From positions 54,578,099-54,642,098 of the forward strand of contig NC_068997.1 in the NCBI RefSeq assembly GCF_001194135.2: a DNA stretch of 64,000 nt, written 5' to 3'. Position numbers and translations under genes: made by a program. Shown in pieces: positions 51,251 to 62,770 of this stretch. The stretch's first letter is position 1. Every line of letters begins with the position of its first letter. Source of the DNA: Octopus bimaculoides. Its lineage: Eukaryota. The notes below the pieces were generated by a model that saw only the letters and a list, made by a program, of their open reading frames with translations, made no database searches and was not told where the DNA came from.

Positions 51251-53708
51251 TGAAAGTCATTTTTTGTTCTGATACTCTAACAGTACTTGAATCATACAAT
51301 ATGTGTAGATAGAACTATTATATAAAAGATGATAGCTGATAGAAAAAAAGAAAAAAAGGTCACCATTTAAGTTCTTAATCTTAATCTGTTTCACGTATTT
51401 CCAAGTTCTTTTACAAACAAGAATATAACCTTGAACCATTTTATACTCTATAAAAGTCTAGACTATGATTTTAAACTGATTACATGCATAAATAATATGT
51501 AATAGTTAATATTTCAAATTTTCTCTTAAAGTCATAAAGGACAATATTATTTTTTACTTCAATAGAGTATAAATTTCTCTGGGCAATGCTTGATTCATTA
51601 TTTTTACCTTCCCGTGATATTCTTTACTGTTTTGAGGATTATTTATAGTAATTTTGCTTGAATTTACCTTTAAACACAAGCATGTAGGTACATAGACTCA
51701 TACAGATCTATATAGTCCATTGTTAAAATGTACTCTATTTTTCTGAAAATCTACTTTTCTAAAAATTACTGTCACTATAGAGACATATAGAAATATATGA
51801 AAATACTTGAATGTTAATTTTGAAATACAATTTTTCATTAAATTTAAAGAGCAATTATTGAGCATATTACTAAGTTTATTTTGGAATTGAATTTACTGTA
51901 TACACACACACACACAAATGCACATATATATGGTTGAGATTGAGTAGGTGAGATATATCTGAAACAGAAATTTATGAATGAAATATGAATAGAAAAGTGC
52001 TAGAAAATCATTAAAAAATATACATCATAAAAATAAAATAATATTGGAAGCAGATGTAAATGATATAAAATAGATAATATACCAGTGAAATGAAATACAC
52101 TGATGTCAATGATATTGTTTGCAATGCTATTTAATTATAATTCCAAGATGAAATAGTTTGAATTAACAAAAATAATTCTATTACTAGTTATAAATAAAGC
52201 AATATCAATGGAATGTAATTATTGCTACTGGTGTTTTATTGAAATAAGTATTAGTGAAATAATCATTAAAAATCTTATTTCTTTCAATATTCAGTTTTTA
52301 GATAAGTTATATGTAAATGCAGAGGCACATTTGCACCTGAATTGTTCTGATACCTGGAAGTTGTATGGTTTATAATATTTGAACAAATAACTTCATCTCT
52401 GCAAATGAGTCTATGGATATTTACATCTATACTCTGTTTCTATCAGTTTAAATTCTAATCGTCATCAGAAATAACTGATCAAAACATGTATAAATCTGAA
52501 TGTTGAAATACTTTCCATTTCTAGAGATGAGATTATTAATAGTTTAGAAAATTACAATTGCAATCAACTAGATTGTAAATCTGTATCCAGGAAACTGAGT
52601 ATCATAAGCACCTCACTAAACATTAGAATCAAGACCGTCCCTGTCTAGCATTGTCAGACAGGATTCAGGGGTTGTTTAGGTCTCAGCTTCACTATCGCTC
52701 TTCCTTTTTTACTTTCAAAGCTTTTATTAAATTAGCTTTAACTTTAACCATTTCTGTCTAATTTTATAAACTTCTAAGCTTTTAAAATATATTTAAAAAT
52801 AAATACATTAATAACAAATTTATTATAGATATTTTCCTCATATTGATGTTGGCGCAATTTCTCTGTAATTTTTAGAAATTATATTTGTTTTTGAGCAAAT
52901 TTTATTACAAAGCATAACTGATCTTGTTTATTGGGACCGTCTTAAAACATTAAAACCTAATTCTCTCCAGTGTGGCTGTAAATGTTATAATATTTGCACA
53001 ATGCGGGGAATATACCACCAACATTGCCCAAACGATCTTAACTTTTTATTCAGAATTCATCCAAGACAAGGGCTATGTGCCATATGACCCCTGCAAAATT
53101 CAGGCTCACAACACACAGATTCACTGCAACACAATTTTCCTCAACAGCCTCTGCTCTATTAACATTATCCTAAATCAAACTCTTCAAATGAAATCTGAAC
53201 AAATGTCTTTGAGCGATACTAGATAAGCCATCTACACCCAGATAGATTGCAGTCAACTTCTTGAATGGGCCATGATATCACAAAACATGACTTAAAAAAT
53301 AATTTAACAGATCCTATTAGGTAGTGCTATTAAGTTAGAGATGGTCTGGAACATATCTAAATAATCTAGATGTTCTTCATAAGACCAACTTTTTGCCTGT
53401 TAATTAGGTATATGAAGCATGTTTTGGTGAAGCACGATGACAAGTTGACTTGAAACCACAATGCAGCTGGCTGTAGATGTGTTGTTAGCTGAATCAATTC
53501 CCTAGTTGGTCTACAGAACATTAACATCATCAAATTTGGTTAGTTGTGTGTCATTTAGCAGAATTGAACTGATTGACTTGGAATAAAAGAATTATTCACA
53601 GCAAATGAAATTAGCTTTTCAGTTAGTTAAACATTGCATAAATTCATTTCACCATTTGAAAACATGATATTAAGCTTTAAGAATGAACAAGTGCAGAGAC
53701 TTACTTAC

Positions 53709-53747
53709 CATTTATAAATAGGTGCAATGCATGCAAGAATGTCAAAG
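53709..53747 (-). CDS. Candidate 39-nt symmetric micro-exon, product unknown
   Basis: Very strong acceptor tttttttttgtctttttattgtcacag and donor ATG|gtaagtaagt; open as LTFLHALHLFIN or FDILACIAPIYK. Confidence 0.3.
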
Positions 53748-55034
53748 CTGTGACAATAAAAAGACAAAAAAAAACTGTTCCCCAAATTAATCATGCAACC
53801 AAAATGAAAGAAATAAAACATGAATGGAGCATGTTAAAGAAAAAAAATGAATCCACTTTTTACCAAAAGCATGCTTATTAATATCATATAAGTGATCTGT
53901 ACAATGGAAGACTGATTTTGCTAATTAAACATTTTTTTATTATAGATGTGGTTTTATGTAAGTAATAGTCTGGCTGGCAAGTGATCAATATTTTACTTTT
54001 AGAACAAAACATTTGTAAAATGTGTAGCTTCAAGTCACATCAGTACATTGCTAAGAATTTATCTCTAGTATCTATTGGGTTTCATTAAACACAGCAATTA
54101 TGTGTAAAATAGCTGGTTTAATCGACCCTGTCAACTAAATATTAATTAAGATGCCCTAATCAGTTTACTCTCAATAAAGAATAATAGTCATATTTTGACA
54201 AGCAGAAAAGTTAAGTAGTATTATTCAGTTAAGTTGTATTATTCAGTTAATTATACTTTACCTTTAATTACTAGTCTTTTTACAATCATTTCTTTCTTAT
54301 ATAAAATGAACAGCAAATATTTCTGCTGATTCAGTATAGCTACTTTAAAAAAATTTAAAAAATTGACTAATTTTAACAGTTAATTGATAATTAAGCTATT
54401 ATTAATCAAAGAGCACATCTATAGGATTAAATATCTAAATGTTGGAGATTAGTTAGTCATAAGATAAGTTTTCAGCTTCTCAATTTCATCATAAGAGATG
54501 AATTTTTAAAAAACTTTTCTTGCATAATTTTCATGGTTTCAATTAGTTTAATCTCCAATTGTCATTGACTTATTCTTGGCTGTATAGATAGTCTCTGACA
54601 ACATTCAAACTAAGAAACCTTTATTTCTAATCTTAGAATAATAACATATCCACTACTTTTTCTTAAGGAAAAACAGTATTTAACAAATTGTAATGAAGTG
54701 AATAAATCTTTAAATCTTAAGAATTCCGTAACTGAAACACTAGTTCCTCTTTGATCCAAGATTTGTAGACAACATTAAGCTGCTAATATATTAAATAGAT
54801 TTTTCAAGGGCTACATGTCACATGAATATATTTGTGAATGCAAAAATATGTAAATGTAAAATTCTTTGGCTAATGGAAATCTATGTATTATCATTTAGGG
54901 ATTTCTGGCACAGCCCAAGCTAGCATTCATTTTAGTTGTCTGAATGATCATTTTGAGTAAGAATTTTTGTGTAGTGACAGTGGATCAACATTTTTACAAA
55001 TAGATATACTCTACATCTGTTATTGAGTTCCCTC

Positions 55035-55055
55035 TCTTATGTTAACCAAAAATGC

Positions 55056-55084
<29 letters not shown>
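55035..55084. repeat. (TG)n(TA)n microsatellite
   Basis: Direct reading. Confidence 0.95.
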
Positions 55085-55085
<1 letters not shown>

Positions 55086-55105
<20 letters not shown>

Positions 55106-55430
55106 CCTTGGCTGTATGGTTAGAAGATTGCTTCCCAACGACATACTTGGGCAAGCATCTTCTTCTGTAGCCTTGAGCCAACCAAATCTTTGTTAGTGGA
55201 TTTGGTAGACAGAAGCAGAAGGAAGACTATCGTGTGTTTGCCCCCGCCCCCACCGCTGTTCGATAACCAGTGTTGGTTTGTTTATGTTCCTGTAACTTAT
55301 GCTTCAGCAAAAAAGATTGACAGAGTATCAGGCTTAAAAAGAATACTGAGACTGATTCATTCAACTCAAAATTCTCCAATGTGGTGCCCCAGTGTGATTG
55401 CAGTCGAATGACTGAAACAGATAAAAGATA
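55086..55430 (+). mobile_element. tRNA-derived SINE family A, older copy
   Basis: Head ggctgtatggttagaagattgcttccc; tail gtggtgccccagtgtgattgcagtcgaatgactgaaacagataaaag. Confidence 0.8.
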
Positions 55431-55589
55431 TGTGCGTGTATACACAGACACATACACATATACAAAAGACTAGAAAAATTCGGTATATTTTAAATTTAAT
55501 ATTACATGTGTTTCATTGCAATATAGGAGTTACAAAAGTATACATAAAGAAAAAAAAAACATGTATAGATTCTCTGATCTGTAATTCTT

Positions 55590-55925
55590 CAGATAAATAA
55601 TCATGGAGGTGTTGGGCATTATGAAAGCAATGGGCCTCATGGAGACAATGACAAATGACTGAAACTTTGGCATTATGTTGTACTTGAGAAGAAGACCCAT
55701 CAAGCCAAGTAAAATTGCAGTCGTGGCAAATACTGATGTCATGCAAATGGCACCCTTGCCAGCCGTTACACTCTCGGAGTGGTTGGTGTTAGGAAGGGCA
55801 TCCAGCCGTACAAACCATGCCAAAACGGACTGGAGTCTGGTGCAGACTTTCAGCTTGCCAGCCCTGGTCAGACGGCCCAAGCAATGTTAGCATGGACAAT
55901 GAAGGTTAAATGATGGTGACGATGT
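55590..55925 (+). mobile_element. RTE LINE 3' end: ORF C-terminus plus 3'UTR and tail
   Basis: atggagacaatgacaaatgactgaaactttggcattatgttgtacttgagaaga (METMTND*NFGIMLYLRR, like the MEKMTND end at about 31490) runs into the ggttggtgttaggaagggcatccagcc..ttagcatggacaatgaaggttaaatgatggtgacgatg tail. Confidence 0.8.
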
Positions 55926-57098
55926 GTGTGTTTGAGATTTGTGATGGGAAGTTCATTGGATGGATTACTCACTGTAATTTAGAGACTTTTCCCACATTTT
56001 CACACTGATTCTTCTTGGGCATTACGTAATGAGTACATGTATTTTAAAAACATGTAATCATCCTGATTTCACTGATTGAACAATCAGGGCAGGTATCACT
56101 GAAACAGTATTGATTTATGCATTATAATTTTTTGTTTTAACGAGAGATAAAATTTACTTCTCAAAAAGCTTTGAATGTGTTGTTAGCTTTTCCTGTTGAT
56201 GAGTGGATATGTATGAACCACCTCTGCATAGAACAGGTTTCCTTCGTGTCTCAAACATTAGTTATTCTACATGCTCATAGTTCTAACCATTATTACCCAC
56301 CAACTATTAATGGAATCTATATCTCACTAGTAAACTATTAATATTTCTAATATCTATGTTTATATTACATGATTTCTATTTGCCAGTATGATTGGGCATC
56401 TAACAATACTGTTTACCTTTATACATTTTAGATTCCCTTATTTTCATTTATTAGCAAATTCCATTAACCCTGAAGACAGAACCTTTTAATACAAACTGGA
56501 TAGTTTATCTCTTGTATGAAAAAGTCACTTGATATTTGCAGAAACAAGATATTGACTTCAGTGGCATTTTGTAAAATCTTTTTAGTCTTATCTGCAAGCT
56601 ATTAACCAAAGCAAGCTATTAAGAACTTGACATCAACAACAATACTTACATGCTCACATATGTACATGTAGACATGCAATCCTATTTATGTGTATACGTA
56701 CTGAGACAAAACACACAGATCCACGTACAATGACATTTGTGCCTGCATACATTTATACATGTGCACACTTGTGTATATCCATGTATGTGTAACCCATTGA
56801 TGTTGCCTAAATTCCAGTGATACCATCTGGTTTCCTGGGTTAGAGACTAGTTCTCCTTCTATTAGCAAGAATTTGAGAAAGAAAACCAGAAATCCATTTT
56901 GGTACACTCTTTCTCTACTCCACACTCTCTCTGGAATTAAATAATGTCTAATTGGTAATTTCCTTCTAAATTGTTGGAAGGTAGATCAATATTTTTGATG
57001 GGGAAAAAATGTGTATTCTGGAAAAGTACACTTACAAGATTGGATTCAAGATTATCTTACCTGATGTGGCATTAATATCAATAATTACTAATCTTTAC

Positions 57099-57408
57099 CT
57101 CATTGATTTTATGAAATAAGATTTCAAATATTTTGTTGGGAAATATTCTCTTCTTGTCACTAAAAGTTTTCGTGCAATACTGTTTGAGTGAAGAGTAATA
57201 CACACTGAAGATATTGTTAGAATATTTCTGGTTAAGCAATGGCTAGTTGGATGGAGCAGCAGATAAATATAATCATTGATTGCAAAGTTTGGATTTATAA
57301 ACTCTTGGAGGATACGAAACCATTCTTTACATATTGACATTGATAATTGTATTGCAAGAAGATATAAGATCTTTTGAGGCATATATAAATCCTTGGAAAT
57401 CAAATCTA
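57099..57408 (-). CDS. Candidate coding exon within the longest non-repeat ORF (57095..57451), product unknown
   Basis: ttcatttcag acceptor, GAG|gtaaag donor; frame DLISKDLYMPQKILYLLAIQ..KYLKSYFIKSM is open for about 100 codons. No family recognised. Confidence 0.3.
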
Positions 57409-57699
57409 CTGAAATGAATCTACAAAATCTAATACAGTTGGGATATTGCAAAACATATTGTAAAGGAAACCTAACTCATGACATATAGAAATTCTATTTA
57501 ACCAATGAATTGCTACAGTGTGGAAGCTTACAGATAATAAATTACATTATCATATACCTTTGAAAAGGAAAATATCATTTTTTTTAAACCAATGCTAAAT
57601 TATAATTTTTATTGGCTGCTTCAAATATATTTTTCGCTTACAATGATGGGTGATAATATTAACAGTAAATATCCAGTAGGGTATGATAGCTTAATTTCT

Positions 57700-57790
57700 T
57701 TTTTTAGTTCTTGTGAATCCTTTTCATTCAACCTCCATGCCTCACTATCATATAACATCACACTTCATACACAAACAACGTAGAATCTTC
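57700..57790 (-). mobile_element. Short RTE ORF remnant
   Basis: Minus strand VMLYDSEAWRLNEK resembles the RTE MLYGSETW motif. Confidence 0.45.
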
Positions 57791-59332
57791 CTTTTGTAAC
57801 CTGCAGAAATGATAACTCTCTGAAATTTCTTACCTACAATGATTCATAACACCCAGTACTATTATTTACTAAGCTAAGTGTGGAACAAAAGAGCTACTAA
57901 TAGCGATCCTTTTGAGTATTTGATGGTTTTTATTTCAAGTCTGTTCTTATTGCTAACTTCTTCTGTGCATCTGTCACTTCTTCATTTTCTCCTTTCTTCT
58001 ATCACCTCCCTGAGATCCCTCCACATCTCTTGTAAATCCTTACTTTACATTGAGCTTAGCTTATGCAGTTTTGACTTACTTCTCCACACCATATTCAGCA
58101 TGGCCATTTTTCTAATGGTAGCAGGGTGAAGTCTATTTTCTTTACATAAAATTTAGTCTTTGCTATATTTACTTTGAGGCTTCTCAATTCCGCATTTTGT
58201 TTCATAAATGAACTAATTTATCAATAAACTAGGGTTGTTCACAAAATACACTTTGTTTGAAATTAATCAAGGAGCTGATATAAAAACATAAGAGAGATAA
58301 AGGAGGAGAATAACATTTGTGCTTGATGGGATTTATGTTAATTTAGTTGAACAATACCTCATAGTTGAAATCATAGCTTGTAAATAATAACCAAAATTGA
58401 ACCAATAAGGTAAATGAAACCTATCATCAACTTATTTTTCATTATCACTTTTTCACAAAGGAAAAAAAATAAGAAACTGGGACACCATATAATAATATTC
58501 TAATTACAGTTACAATTGTAAAGTTTTCTTGTGTTCTTAGAATATTGCAGTTTGTTTTAAGAGTATATAATTACCTCTCGTGAATACATGATTCGAGTAC
58601 ATTATTTTAATTAAGAACTCAAAACATCTCAATTATTAAAATTAGAGATGAACAAATGAGAAATAATATTAATTTTTGATTGTCAGAAGTATTTCACTAT
58701 TTGCTGAAATTGCTTGTTTTAAATATTTTTGAAAATAGTTCAATGCTTGAAACTAGTAAAGTAAATTAACAGCAGCAAGAAACAAAATTTTCACGAAATA
58801 TATTCCATTTCTAGAATAACACATTATTGTCATTTGTTAATTGCTCTTTTTGTTGAGAACTTTAAGACTTCCTCAAAATTTGTGCTACCTATTAAGTCCC
58901 ACATCATAATCTAGAAGACAATACCATTCATGTCTCTTCATCATGATAGCTATTAGATATTAACTCTGATTATCTCTAATTACATTTTTTTTTTGTTATT
59001 GTTGTTTTTGTATCATGGATTTCTCTAAATCCAGATCAGTTGTACATAAAACTGTAAGAGAACCTAAATACATAGATCTTATACTAGGCAGATCTTGGTA
59101 GCAGATACAGATTATTATTAATAAATGCCGTTGAGAGACATTAACTGTAGGAGTGTGTACTTTTAGAATTGCTGGTAGGCTCTATAACTTGAGTGGAAAC
59201 TTAGAGTTTTTACTGTAATAGGTATGATTCTGTTTTTCCTCTGTTTAATGATGGGAAAACCATATTAGACATACAGAGAAAGTTACTACTTGCCCACTAT
59301 ATAAGAGCTTATTAACATGCAATACACACACC

Positions 59333-59830
59333 ATCATCATCATTTAATGATGTCTATGTTCCATGCAAGCATGAGTTGGACAGTTTGGCAGGATCCAATT
59401 AGGCTAAAGACTGTGTCATGCTCCAGTGTCTGCTTTGGTATAGCGTCTATGGCTGGACACCCTCCCTAACTCCAACCACTTTACAGTGTATAATACTGGT
59501 GCTTGTCTTCATGCTACCAGAACTAGTGAGACCATCATGCAGTTTACAAGACTACAAACATTGTGTGTGTGTGTGTGTGGAAGGTAGGTGGGTGCAAATT
59601 ATATGAGGAGATGAAGGGCAAAGGTTTGTAAAGATATGAGAGGAGGAACCAGAGTAGAACAAGTTTCTTGCTGAAAAGGAGCTACATGGCTACTCAGATT
59701 TTAGAAGAGCCAGGATAAGTGATTGAGTGTGGCCAATGAGCAATGGGTGGAGAAGTAGATGAATGAGTGCTGAACAGCAGAATAATAATGAAATAGTAGA
59801 CAGCCATTGTGCATGAGTAAGGTGAGAGGC
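59333..59830 (-). mobile_element. Non-autonomous RTE-tailed element
   Basis: catcatcatcatttaatgatgtctatgttccatgcaagcatgagttggac..cctccctaactccaaccactttacagtg, then a purine-rich body. Confidence 0.75.
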
Positions 59831-62715
59831 ATGATGGTGGAGGAGAACAGTTATTCACTCAGTATGGGAGGGATGGGAGGAGGGATCAATGTGGGAGACT
59901 ATATCAATTTCCATGTAAATTTACCATACATTCTTGAGATTTTAGCTGTGAGTGTTCATTGTGTTAACCAGGATATAAAAACAAAACAACACATAAATAA
60001 GCTAATTTTATTGATATTTGTGCATTTAGAAAGTCTATGCTGTTGTTTTTAACTTAGCTAAATCTGAATTAAAAAAATCTATAAAAACTTATAAAAGAAT
60101 GTTGCAATCTATTATTTTTAGTGTAAATTTTCTAAATCGATGCACCTTTGTCAATATTGTTCTCTTACTGTTATATACCTCAACTACGACCCACAGACAT
60201 ATTGTCTCCTTATACTGATTTTTCTAATACTAATATGGTACCTCTGCTTCTTTGAATCATCAGGGCTTTTACCATTCCCATTCAGACTCTTTCAACTTTT
60301 CCCTCTTTCTTTCATCATCTATATTGTATCCACACTGTCAGGTTCTGTTGCAACCATCTTTCCTGCACGTTGGCCCTCTGGAATTCCTGCCCTGTCCTTT
60401 CTGCAGCCATCACTTTACCACTGACAAAGTGTTGACTTTTGCTGTTCTCGAGAGTTTCTACAAAGGACAAGCCATTAAATAAGATTTTAAAAGAAATACA
60501 AAATATTTCCAGTTTTCTCAACCGAATTATTAGTACTGCGTGATAAAGGTGCTCCAACTTGCAATCTATACTGATTCCCTAAAATATGAATAGAAGAAAT
60601 TCCACATCTACCTTAAACATGTGAAGCTTGAACTCTTGTTGTCTTTTTTTCTTAAAGTGCAATCAAGATAGACAACTTGAGTTGTGAAACATAAATTGAG
60701 TCAACAAGGAGTGATATCAGTAGAATGATTTTGTAATAAATAGGCCAGTACTAAGAATCATTTTTACTATCATCACTATATTAGATCTCATCTGAACTGC
60801 ATGTAAAAATGGGAGCAAATCATTATCTTTGAAATGATCAGTTATAAAGTGGGGCTAAGTAATTTGCCTATGAAAATTCAAAATGAAAATGTTCTCCTTT
60901 ACAGTGCATTGAACAAAACCCCACAATGTTTTGCAATTACAAAATATAAAAGTATAGAATTAATTATTCTCGTTATTTAGATAAGATATACTGGTACAGA
61001 CAAGACAGTGGAAAATTACCCTAATTACATATTGGCAGAATTATACTATTTAATTATGTAGTTAAAGCAATTAAATTTTCCTTTATGTATTGAATTTTTT
61101 AGAATCAATAAGAGATGAGATAATTTATAATCTATATGAATTTTTATGGAGAAAATGGAATATATACAAGCACTTCACTACACCACCAAAAGCAAAAGAG
61201 CATTTTGTCCATATCAAAATAATAAGCATGTTAGCTGCAAAGATAATTTTCCATATTCCTGTTTCTCAATTCCATGCTAGTCTTTCAAACAGCAGCCAAA
61301 AATGTTTTGAAAATTTCGAGAGAGCCACGACTTTTGAGTAGTAATACATTTTTATGGCTTGGTTTCCATGACTCAGATTTTCATTTAAACATCTCTCTCA
61401 CCACACACAATGGAGTTGGAGTTATGTTGATCGTTTTTGTAGAGGATGTCTTTAAAGATGGCTCTAGTTTGGGAATTATTGTTGGCAATACTTTATATTC
61501 CAGTTATTTGAATTATATCAGATACTGGGAAATGTTAATGATGGTAATTCTTGCAAGATATAAATCAATAATCTTTTTAGCAATACATGAATTATTAGAT
61601 ACAAATTTTTAAATTCTAAAACATTCTTGCTATATTTTGCAATAAATTAATTTGCCTTGTACAATTTCATGTAATAAATTCTATGCAAATAAGAAAACTA
61701 ATACACATGTCTCTCATAGTAAAATAGCCATTAATTTTTTTTTAGTTGACCAATAAAGAAAACTCCTGCAATTAACCATGCTTTTCATATGATAAAATTA
61801 CTGAAAGAGAATATTAAAAACATGCATTACAGCCCATATGCCTAAATATGTATAGTTTATGTCATAAATATGTATAATGTGTGCCATAAAACATTGGAGA
61901 AGAGGCTACTGCAGAAAACACTGTCTTCATACAGTTATATAGTATAGCGAGGACAAATCAGCTTCAGGAGTGATTCCTCTTTAAATTCTAAACACAAGTG
62001 AAGAGTTTTTACTCAGAACAGTAGTAAGCGAATGAAATAGTGATGGTAATTTACACCTATACATATACTGTACGTGTATGGGTTTCATCCTGTATACATC
62101 TTCATGTGAATATATACACACGACTACACCTGTATAGTATTTATACAGGTATGCATGTATGCATGCATATAATCCCTGCATTCATTCATGTATGTATATC
62201 AAATTGCATATATAAATAATTGTGTATATATGGTTATGTGAAATTGCCCCGTTTTTGTGAGTTTTCTGTTTAAAGTTTCTCTATGCAGTCTGTTGCCATA
62301 ACTCTGAATTATTTACCAACATTTATTGCTCATAGAGCACTTTTATGATTATATTCTTCAAGATAGTAACATTCCATTATATCTAAGAATACATGTATAT
62401 CTTAGTTTGTACATGTGAGTCTGTGCGATCATTTTTGTGCCCACTTTCCATGCTGGTAAGGGTTTGATAGAGAGTCCTGTTCCGAATTCTTATTCACAGT
62501 TATTACTCTCCTGGATGTGACAGAGAGCCAAGTCTTGCTTGTGCAGTCTACTTCTGCTACTGTCTCTTTATCCTTTTTAACATTGACCACTTTACATACT
62601 ATTCTGGATGCATTTTCACCAACACAATCTGAGAAACTCTACTCGACTGAAGAGTCTTCCTGACCCTTCAATGTTTCTGTTTGCCATCTACTTTAGAATA
62701 TATTGGGCATGTGTA

Positions 62716-62720
62716 CGTGT

Positions 62721-62769
<49 letters not shown>
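62716..62769. repeat. (CA)n microsatellite
   Basis: Direct reading. Confidence 0.95.

Positions 62770-62770
<1 letters not shown>

Noticed and set aside
52972-53226. 84-aa plus-strand ORF after ttctctccag; also 41206..41460 and 61274..61612
   Set aside because: No recognisable domain, competing open frames on both strands and no convincing donor; not supportable as CDS.
4079-55890. ORFs 4079..4306, 5694..5930, 11862..12131, 25932..26141, 27823..28038, 55190..55411, 55530..55880, 55675..55890
   Set aside because: They lie within SINE or RTE 3'UTR copies; the mutually similar peptides reflect the repeat, not a gene family.
1933-57100. Idea that in-frame stops in exon-like islands are recoded (TAA/TAG as Gln, TGA as Sec, or A-to-I to Trp)
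   Set aside because: All three stop types occur, on both strands, at the frequency expected for AT-rich non-coding DNA. There is no homologue to show the expected residue and no SECIS was seen.
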